Part shown: positions 10,831 through 19,842 of the stretch, piece after piece
Layout: each line of letters starts with the position of its first letter
How positions within the stretch are numbered: the first letter of the stretch is position 1
Source of the DNA: Raillietiella orientalis
Lineage: Eukaryota
Assembly: GCA_036172245.1 (NCBI GenBank)
Contig: JAYWIR010000147.1
Location: 44,242 to 64,241, forward strand
Length of the DNA stretch: 20,000 bases
Reading direction: 5' to 3'
Translations under genes and position numbers: made by a program
The notes under the pieces: generated by a model
Database searches by the model: none
Told to the model about the DNA's origin: nothing
Seen by the model: only the letters and a program-made list of their open reading frames with translations

Positions 10831-13800
10831 TCACAAGTTCTGCACTAAGGATGGGTTTTTAGATGTTTGCTCCCGGGAGTCGTTCTCTATCCTCTTCAGG
10901 ATGAATCGATACCTCCAGGCTTGGATTTTTCCGCAATTCCTAATCCCGATTTCCCTCTTCAGGAGCCCTTGTAGAATCTCCATCTGTGTTGCGACTCTCC
11001 TGGATATTCTCTTACTTCTCCACCGCACAAGTATGGCGGTGATGAAGAGAGCGATGGTCATCGTCACCATGGGATTGTAACGGAACATTACCATCCCCCT
11101 GAAACATCCCGGCGAAGATCTCCATTACGGACCTGGTGGTGAGTCCCATGATCCTTTTCAGGATCAGCCAGTCATGAAGCAATGTGGGACACGTCAAGAC
11201 GTGAAGTCTCGTGTCGATGTCTCCACATGCTGTGCAGTCTCGATCTTCCCTTATTGCGGTGTAGTGCTGCAATCGGGACCCACTCTGGATTCCTGCATGA
11301 TAAAATATCAGGATGTCATCCTGGGTGCCCGGTGGAAGGTCACTCCTACAGAGCGTCGTGCCAATCGCTAACAGGTTGATCCGGTCCCTCCCGTAGCGAA
11401 TGGCGGCTTCCTGCAGGGCACTAATATCACTGTGTTCTTCTTGAATTATTCTTCGGAGGTTTGTTTTGTTAACCATGGACCACGCAAAGTCGTTGTGGTT
11501 GAACCACACTTCGCGAGTCATGTGGGTAAACCTTCCTAACACCATCTCTATATACCTAAGTATACGAGTGTGATGTAGGTACATTCCTCGTTCCCACTCC
11601 TGGATTCGTTCAAGGGTAGCTCTGGACCGCTGCTGGATCCAGCTTCTCGTGTCCGGCGGGACAGGAAGCATCCAAGGGATCACCAGGATGGACTCGTCCT
11701 GCCAGAGTTCGCTACTTCTCGGCACGATCTCGATTTTTTGCTTTCGCACCTGCCGTTGCTTCCTCGTCCAGGTTGGGTCGATTTTTTTCCATTCGCCTGC
11801 TCGGCCTAGCAGCGCAGTCATCAGGCCTTTCTAGTTGTTTAACAAGAACGCGTAGGCTCTGTGTGCAGCATACGGCCAGTCAACCCAGTGAGTGGCAATG
11901 TCCAGGATGTGTCGCGTATCCATGATTTCTATGGAGTGTGCAAGCGAATTCATCGCGGAACTGTCTTCTTTCCTGGGACGACACAGGGGTTTTAGGCGGA
12001 CTCTTGGGCGATAGTGGCCCCACAGTGTTTTCCTCTGCAGCTTGTCGAACTCCCTCGTGGTGTCCTTGTTCATCCTCGCGAAGGCCGCCCCGAAGAGCAC
12101 TTTTGGAAGGAGTACTCCGTTTTATATGTTGGCCTTGCGCTTCATTCCAAGGTCAGTTCGGGTGTACTTGGCAGCTTCCTTGGCCGTTTTCCCTAGGATC
12201 TCGGTCCACAATAGCTTCGACACGGAGACGTCTCCAATGTAGACACCCAGGTACTTAGCCTTGTCCACCGTTCGGAATCCTCTCCCCGCTAGAGCGGAAA
12301 GATCGAGGATTCCAACGGGCAAGAGTTGGCTTTTCTGAGCGTTGATCTTTTGACCCAGGCATTGATCCATCAGGTCTACCACATCCAGAAACGCTTGTTG
12401 ATTTCTCTCTACCTTGATAAAGGAGAGTAGATCATCAGCGTATGCCAGATGGGTAGACGCTAGCCATCGATTTTTATGCCTTGGAGTCGTCCGCTTTTCT
12501 CGATAAAGGACGACAACGCCTCCATGTAGATGAAGAACAGCATCGGACTAAGCGAATCGGAATGTCGGACTCCCCGTTCCATCCGGATTGCTGCCGTCTC
12601 CTGGCCGTTGATTTTGATTCGGCAGCACTGGTTCTGGAGTACCACCCTCACGAAGTTGCTGAAGTGTTCCGGAAGGCCTAGCTTCTCCAAAACCTTCAGC
12701 AGCATCCCATGGCCGATGGAGTCGAAAGCCTTCTCCATGTCAGTGAACACAAGCGCCACGTTCTCGCCGACGTATCGGCTGAGTCCGACGGTGGCCTTGG
12801 CACACTTGACATTGTCCGACATGTGACGTCCAGGGACTGCACACGTTTGGACATGAGAGATGAGCTTCGTCATGACCTTGCCTAAGCGGTTGGACAAGAT
12901 CTTCGCCAACCACTTGGCATCCGAGTTCAGGATCGAGATTGGCATCCATTGAGCGACCTGCGTGAGGTCGTTTCCCTTTAACAACAATCTCATCCGACTC
13001 TCGTAGAACGACTGTGGAAGTCTTGTTTCTTCGCGGATGCAGAGGGTCAAGTGGTGGAGCAAACACAGGTAGGCATGCAGGTACCGCTGATAGTGAGTGA
13101 TGGGTACGCTGAAAGGGCCCGCTGCCGCGTCCTTGCGTAGTTGACCAAACGCAGTCTTCACCTCGTCTTCGGAGAATTCCGCCTCCAGTCTGTTCAGCTG
13201 GAGATCGTCGGTCCTCTTCTCGGGGTAGCTCAGAAAGGCCTGTTGGTTAGAGCGACAGAGATGTTGTCGCGTAAAGTGTTCCGTGTAATGCCTGTGAAAG
13301 GCATCCACGATGTCCTCAGACGACTGTCGCTTTTGACCGTCGTACTGGATGCAGAAGATATCTGTTGCCAGATTTCTATTCTCCAGCACGCCGACTTCCC
13401 CTTTGATGTTCTTGAAGACGTACCGACCCTCGTACTGAACAAAGTACTTTGAGAGTGAGCGATCTTGGAGGTTCAGCTCCCGGTACGCCTCCTGCCTCAA
13501 GCGCCTATCTCCGAACTGCATGTTTGCAAACAGGTGTATCCTGTGTTTCAGGCTGTCCCAGTCGGCGACTCTTCGGATTGTTGTTTCCTTCAGAATTGTC
13601 TCCAGGACAGCCAGATGTCCGGGATGGGTGTCGAACTAGGCGGCCTTGCTGATGAGCGCCGCCCTGGTTCCTTGCCTCCGTCGAAGGATTCTCCGTTCTT
13701 AGGGAAGACCGCACCAGGGGGTGATCAGACACCGTGGTAATAATGTCTCGAAAACCCTGGATGCGATTCCCAAGTTCGGTGCTGTGCAGGACGTGGTCGA

Positions 13801-14362
13801 TCGGCTTGTGACTTGCAGTTTGCCACACCAGTCCGAACTCTTCGGATAACCGCCGATACGCCGTCCTTCCTCTGGCGTCTTCGTAGTGAGAGATCTCATC
13901 CAATATGTTGAGATAGCCAGCAACAATCACGACTTCCTTGAAAGCAACCTTTTCACGGAGTGCTGCATGCAGCGCCTCCGCACAACGATGTTTTAGCCTG
14001 TGCGGCCCGTACACGTTCAACAGGATGAGGTGAACAGTAGCGGACCAGGCCAGTCGCACGCCGATGATTCGTCCGGGCTGGGGACAGAACACTTCCAGAA
14101 TAGTGGGGGCTAAGTGGTTCTTGATTAGGACCGCCACACCCTGCGTGTTCCGTTCTCCCTCGCTGACAAGCATCTGCCCGTTTAATCGCCGTTCCATTTG
14201 GTGACGAATCTCGAGACCCATCTTGTGGGTCTCCTGCAGGCACACTATGTGTTGTTGTGCGATGGTCCGCACAATCCTTTTTTTTTTTCCCTGCTCGACC
14301 ACACCGTTCACATTCCAGGAGGCGATGGTTAGCCTCCTGGTTGTCGATAGGGAAGAGGCCAT
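10831..14362 (-). pseudogene. Family-2 ORF2: APE endonuclease, reverse transcriptase and C-terminal zinc finger
   Basis: TIASWNVNG, VCLQETH, GVAVLI, NVYGP, AGYLN (decayed GDFN), IDHV, SDHPLV, WMPISILNSDAK, DMEKAFD, RGVRHSDSLSP, YADD (12442-12431), KYLGVYI and CTACGDIDTRLHVLTC. Multiple frameshifts and stops. Confidence 0.96.
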
Positions 14363-16230
14363 AAAAGGGGAAGTCGTATTTCTTGGCCCTCCTGAGCTTC
14401 TTCTGTCTGAGAGAACGTGCTCTTCCAGACAATGAAGAAGCAGCGGGCTTCTCGCTGCCGGCGTCACTCTCTGCTCCGGTGAGGTTGGTTACTTCCGCCT
14501 CCTCCGTAGAGTGTTCCGCTCGCGCGATCAATTTTCGAGATAGCGCCTCTATCTCGACCTTGGCGCAGAAGTTCGCCTTTACGTCGAGAAGCTGTTCCTC
14601 TAGCTTTTCGCGCTCGGTGACCTCCACAACCTTTTTGACCTTCTCCTGTGCATTGCAGATCTTCTGCAAGATTTTCTCCTGCTGGGGACCGCTCTGCACC
14701 TCTAGGACTTCATTAGCCAGTGATGCCAGCTCCTCCGTAGATTGCAGAGCCTTCTGCGACACAAGAGTGGCTTCGGCTATTTCTTTTTCCGCGCCTTTCT
14801 TCGCTACCTCCATCTTCTCGCCTTCTTGCTCTTCACCTTCCAGGATAAGAGGGGTTTCTTGCTCCTTGACGAGCGTCCTCCTCTTTCCTTTCTTCCCTAC
14901 CTGTATGAAGCCGTCTTCCGATACCGGGACGGCTTCTTTCACCTTCTTCGGCCTTGCTGCCTTTTGAGGATGTTCCGCCTCCTTAGTGTTTCTCTCTCTC
15001 ACGGGACAGAGACAACGAATCCTTCTGCAGTTCGCAAACTCCGGACAGCTCCATTTGACATGTCCGTGTTTCTTGCAGAAGAAGCACACCTCCGGCTGCG
15101 GGCAGTTTCGGACTTGATGTCCTACTTTGCCGCAGCGGAAACAACGACACGTTGGGCAAGCGCCGGCCCTGTGGCCGAACTGCTTGCACCCGGTTTAGAA
15201 TATCGGCTGTTGCCGGTAACGCACGTTCACTCCCTGGGATTGTTCGTCAAGAACGGCTAATCCAGGGATCACAGCTCCCTCTTTCAACTTCATTTTGGCG
15301 ATCATGTCGCCAGAAAATATATTTCCAGAGAAGTTCTGGAATTCAAGGTCCAGAACTTCCCCATACTGCTCCAAAAATTTCCACACCGTTAGTTGCGGTG
15401 TGAGGATGGAGATGCCGTTCAGAAAGACGGTTGTGTATGGCATCTCGCCAACACCACAAACCATCCTCCCTTGTATATTGATCCCCTTCTGGATCAATCG
15501 CTCTCTAATATTTTCACAGTCTGTGAAGACTGTGAACCCATTATTTGCCGGTAAGATCGCCTGTATGCGATCAAAATTGATATCCGTTTTATCGAGGCAC
15601 AGATACACCTCCCTGATATCATTAAATTTCATCAGCCCAGTCTTGAAAATGATAAGCTTTACATTCGGCCTTAATTTTACGATTGGCCGATCCACCTTTT
15701 CGCCTTTGCCGCATAGCGGCTTCCCGAATTTTCTTGGTGGGTGGACGCTCTCTTGTCCAGCCGCCACCGACTTATAGGAAAAGGGCTGCGACGCCGCAGC
15801 GGAACAAGATGGCGTCTCGCCCTTAGCCGCATGGACGCCCGCGGGTCCTGCCTGGTACGCCGCCGCCGCAAACGAAACCCTCGACGTCGCCACCATTGCC
15901 CCCGCGGGCGGCACCCTCGGCATCGCCGACGCAGGCGCGACCTTCCCCGCCGCGGGCACGACCTCCGCCGTCATCGCCGCGGGCACGACCCTTGGCATCG
16001 CCGCTGCCAGCGTAGCAAAGCCCGCCGCGGGCGCGATCCTCGGCATGCCAGCCACCGCCTCGCCGTTGCCGCACGTTACCTCCATGGCTTCCATGAAGGA
16101 CGACGGTCTCTCCGCTCTTCCTCTAGGTGCCTGCATCCTGGCAGCTGATCTTGCTGCACGGGACGACTGCAGGTCTTCCGCCGTGATCTCCTTGGCGTTT
16201 CTTTTGTAGTTTCGTCTGGAAACTGTCCAT
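14361..16230 (-). pseudogene. Family-2 ORF1: predicted RRM-like region, 3 CCHC knuckles and a Glu/Lys-rich tail
   Basis: Reading through the TAA at 15197-15195 gives *TGCKQFGHRAGAC, CFRCGKVGHQVRNC and CFFCKKHGHVKWSC in one frame. The start is either ATG 16230 (needs a frameshift) or ATG 16136. The 3' end is inferred at the ORF2 start. Confidence 0.88.
15900..16050 (-). repeat. Degenerate coding tandem repeat in the family-2 ORF1 N-terminus
   Basis: MPRIAPAA, MPRVVPAA and MPRVPPAG, plus partial units VVPAA and VAPAS. The plus strand shows recurring gcggg...c(t/c)ggcat units. Confidence 0.7.
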
Positions 16231-16368
16231 CTCTGGGCACACACGAGCACAATCAACTGATTAGGTCGTCGTGCGCACAACACTTCCAGCCGAGAAGCAA
16301 GTTCACCGAATCGGCAGGACAGGAGCAATCTCCCGACTGTCAAGTAGGTGACTCCGTTGTTGTTTTTT

Positions 16369-16839
16369 AAAGGCGTAGCGAAAGCTGCGCCCCTAGAGAA
16401 CGCAGCGAAAATCCCGGAGGTTTCCGCAACTGCTGTCGCGGAAGCCACCGAAAATCGCGAAGGCGAATGGAAGGTTGTGGAGAGGAGGAAAGAAAAATCT
16501 TCCAAAAAAGCTTCGCAACATCCATTTGTGATCTCTTCCAAAGGAAAAAGCAGTCGCGCGAAAACGAAAACACGCGCGCCTTGTTACTCTTCCCAGGAAA
16601 AAGCCAGCGCCTTCATCGCGTGCAAGTCCGCTTCTCTGACCGCCGAGAAGTCCTTTACGGTGCAATCGGACGGACGCAAGCGCACGTCGATCGTGCGAGC
16701 ATCAGACTCTGCAAAGGAGTCCGATAGCGTAGCTCAACGACGCGTTACTCGCGCGGGAGCGAGCGCCCGCAGAGCTGAAGCCCTGAGGCGTGACACACTT
16801 GCCGCGGAAGGGCGAGTGCTCATCCCGGAACTGCAGTAA
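16369..16839 (+). pseudogene. Probable ORF1 C-terminal fragment (segment 7'), possibly the continuation of segment 7
   Basis: Open K/A/S/E-rich frame containing EGEWKVVERRK, which resembles EEGWQLVTSK and EPGWQKVDPKK in the other ORF1 tails. There is no folded-domain motif, so support is modest. Confidence 0.55.
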
Positions 16840-16843
16840 GAAA

Positions 16844-16970
16844 ACGTGTTTTTTCGGTGCTGTCGAAAACCTTTTTTTTATTTGCGAGTGTTTGCAGTAT
16901 TTTGTGGAGCGGTTGTTCATGGGCAGCAATGCCCGAGGACACCGCCAACACGGCGGAGGGGGGCCAGCAA
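16844..16970 (+). mobile_element. Family-1 LINE 5'-terminal stub (segment 9): 5'UTR and first codons of ORF1
   Basis: ACGTGTTTTTTCGG (16844-16857) matches the segment 4 terminus. ggcagcaATGcccgaggacacc (ATG 16929) matches the ORF1 start contexts of segments 2, 4 and 11. Confidence 0.75.
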
Positions 16971-16974
16971 GCCT

Positions 16975-18122
16975 CGTCCTCCCAACCAACTCAGAGTAGG
17001 TGCTGAAGCCCAGGGGACTGAAGCTATCTCCCTGCCTATGCGGCGCCGTACCGGCACACCATACACCTTGTGACCGCTGAAAGAGACGGTAATCATCGAA
17101 TTTCGCGAGCAAGAGCGCAGGTAGGAAATCAGGGAGGGTGGCAAGCCTATGCGACCCAGGAGCTCCAAGAAGAGTTCCTGGTTCTACACAGTCGAACGCC
17201 TTGTAGAGATCGACTGCGAGCGCTAAGGTCTCCTTTCCCGCCCGGGGGTCCCTTCCCAGCCCGGCTGGCGGCACCAATGTGGGTTTGCCGACTATCCCTA
17301 TCCCTTTCTTCTTTCTTCTTTGCAGGTGCACCCATGTGCTTGCGAGGAAGAGGTTGGCATCCATTCTTCGCCCGGCAACAGCATAAGTCTGCTCCGTGCT
17401 AATTACGGATTCTGCCACCTGCCCCAGACGCGAAGCGCATAGCCCTGCTATCTGCTTGGCGTCCGTATTCACCATCGTGATCGGACGCCAGTGCTTTAAA
17501 TCCTTGAGATTTCCCCCTTTCGGAAAGAGCCTCACTCTGGCTGACCGAAACGTGGCGGGAACAACGCCTTCGTCACGGATCACCCTGATCAACTTAAGCA
17601 GCAGGGGTGCCAGCTCTTCCGCCTAGCTCTGAAAAAACTCCGCGGGCAAGCCGTCTTCCCCTGGAGCTTTCCACCTCTTGATCCTTTTGATACCGTCGAG
17701 AGTTTCGCCGGTGGTAAAAGGCTCAACGAGGCTTTCGATCTCCTCCTCCCCTATTGCAGGGGCGCCATCCGGAATCAAGCGTCCAGAGTCGTTTCGATCC
17801 AAGAGCTCCCTGGCGTAAAGGGAGAAATAGAAACTCCGCATGAGATGCCGTACCGACGCCGGGAACCAACATTCCCGGCCCTGGTCGCCGAGCAAGCTGG
17901 CCGACCCGGATTGCCAGGCTTGGCGTTCGGCCCCGGCTCGGTACTCGGCCAGGCGACGGACATTAGGGGTTCTCTCGTAATTACAAGCCTGTGAATAGGC
18001 CCGATGGTTGCAAGGACCCTCGCCGAATTTGGGGGGCAGGCGGTCCAGGGGGAAGTGCTTGCAGAACTCCCGGACTGATTCCTTAAAAAGGTCCCAGTCC
18101 TGGAGATTCCGGAGCGTCGAGC
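16975..18122 (-). pseudogene. Family-1 ORF2 internal fragment (segment 10): linker to RT subdomain 4
   Basis: LQDWDLFK, KAPGEDGLPAEFF, HWRPITMVNTDAK, VDLYKAFD and QGDSFSPLGFSTY. TAG at 17625-17623 and frameshifts. Confidence 0.94.
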
Positions 18123-18199
18123 GGACGTGTCTTTTCAAGGCTCCTGAGTTTCATTTCCGTTGGTGCTTTTGCGTGGTGTGGGTTGAGGATTAGGCAGAA

Positions 18200-19840
18200 A
18201 TGCCTGATACCACCACCGGTGAAGATCCGGGGGCGATGACCTCATTACCCCGGAGCAGATGGAGGTGTAGGCTTCCGCATCAGTGGAGGCTCCCGCCAGC
18301 ACGGATGCGCCCCCGGCCTTACTCAGAGCTTGGATCGCCGTGGCTGCGGAACCTATGCCAGAGGCTATGGCGGAAATGCGCGCTTACCTGGAGGAGGGGT
18401 ATAACCCACCCCTTCTATATAAGGTAGGCGGTCTATATTCTCCCGAGAACGCGCGCGCCTTCTCACAGGCGATGCGCGTTCTCGGCGTACAGAAAGAGGA
18501 GCTTCTGGCTATGTCCGTCAGAAGCGGGGGTCAATTTGTGGAAGTTATCTGCAAGGAGGCAACTCTTGCGCAGAGACTTCTGCGAACCCCCGTAAGTATG
18601 GGCAGCCGGAGGCTTCTCCCAATAACTGAAGACCGGTCGGTGATCATTCACCTGACCGGTATCACGTTCCGGATGACGAAGGAGGCCGTCCGGAACGAAT
18701 TAGAAAAATTTGCAACTGTCCACGCGCTGTGGGTCAAGCCTACTCCTTTTGTCGATTACGACGGGGTGCTTGGCGGCTGGGTGCAGCGCGAGTGACGGTT
18801 CGCGAAGGATGTGAGTTACCCCACAAACTCACTGTCAACGGTGAATCCGTTGACGTGTGGTACGTGGGGGAACCCAAGTTTTGCGGCTGCTGCAGCAGCT
18901 TCGGTCACCTTAAAATGAGGTGTCCGAGCGTGCAGTGCCGGCAATGCAAGCAAGCGAGGCACATCCGTCTGCTGTGTCCACAAAACATAGTCTGCGCCGT
19001 GTCCGCAAAAAACGCGAGAAAGCACGCGGCTAAAAAAAGAAAGAAGCTGGCAGCTCGTACTGCTGCTAAGGAGGTCACCTCCGCCTCCAAGGCGAAAGCC
19101 AGCCCCGAGGCCTTGGCGAAAAAAGTCGAAAAGGTCGAGGGCGAGGGTCAAGAGCCAGGGTGGCAGAAGGTCGACCCCAAGAAAAACTCCCATAAGAAGG
19201 GAAAGAACCTGGCAAAACAAAGCGAAACCGCTCCGCGATGCGATAAAACCAAAAGCTCTGCGTCTTCGTAAAGCAGATTCCCGCCATCGACGAATGCGGC
19301 GCTAAAGAACTCGCTGCTGTCCCTGCTCTACCCTATGTTGACAAAGTCAACAAGGAGGGGAGCGAGGCGGCGGCGTCCGTCATCGAGCCCACGCTCGATG
19401 ATGTCGCCTTCGAGCGCGCCGCGGAAGAACTGGCTGCCTCGTTGCAGCCGGTTGCCCCCAAGGCTGGCAAGAAGGCCGTCAGTCGTCCGGCTTCCCCTCA
19501 GGAGTCGGCCACTTCCGACCCCGAGGTGAAGGCCGGAAACACAGCATCCATCTCCGCGGCACCCCGCAGAAAGGCAGGACGAAAGTCCACAATGCCCCGG
19601 AAGATCGTCTCCCCCGACGAAGGGGAAGAGATGGCTTCCGGCTGCGAGGGTGCGATGAGCGTAAGAAACTCCCTGGACCAGTCGCCCGAGAGAATTTCAC
19701 GCTCGGACACGGAGGGGATGAAGGGAATGGAGGCCGAACAGGTACCTCAGGCGCCTGAAGAGGCCTCCGTCCTCGTACCAATGGACCTCTCCTACACCTG
19801 CCCCGCGGCAGGTGGCGCGACGCCACTTTCCCAGTCATAA
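18200..19840 (+). pseudogene. ORF1 gag-like protein with 2 CCHC knuckles, full length but frameshifted
   Basis: Assembled from the 18200, 18283, 18729 and 19442 ORFs. CGCCSSFGHLKMRC and CRQCKQARHIRLLC. Closely similar to the segment 2 ORF1 (EGYNP.LLYKVG.LYSP). Confidence 0.92.
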
Positions 19841-19842
19841 TG
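19838..19842 (+). promoter_or_regulatory. Overlapping stop-start TAATG between ORF1 and ORF2
   Basis: ORF1 TAA (19838-19840) overlaps ORF2 ATG (19840-19842), and this ATG is in frame with WNVNG. Confidence 0.85.

Larger units (their letters stand above)
10700..16350 (-). mobile_element. Family-2 L1/Tx1-like LINE, apparently full length (~5.65 kb), decayed (segment 8)
   Basis: Colinear 5'UTR, ORF1 with 3 CCHC, ORF2 (APE-RT-zinc finger), A-rich 3'UTR, AATAAA (10737-10732), hairpin and AAA. The 5' boundary is approximate. Confidence 0.93.

Noticed and set aside
3156..14362. Prokaryotic RT system (group II intron, retron, DGR, CRISPR-associated RT)
   Set aside because: The RT is fused to an N-terminal APE domain, preceded by a CCHC ORF1 and followed by AATAAA, which is the LINE layout. 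No repeat-spacer array or template/variable repeat pair was seen.
16231..16541. N-terminal ~100 residues of the 448-aa ORF (15195-16541) as part of ORF1
   Set aside because: This stretch crosses the inferred 5'UTR and element boundary and is the antisense of the ORF1-like fragment at 16369-16839.
16912..16950. Complementarity between the element 5' end and the RT YADD region as a guide for antisense targeting
   Set aside because: Only a short gapped match (gctgcccatgaacaac versus gcggcctatgctaacgac) in one copy. The other insertion points are scattered, so chance is sufficient.
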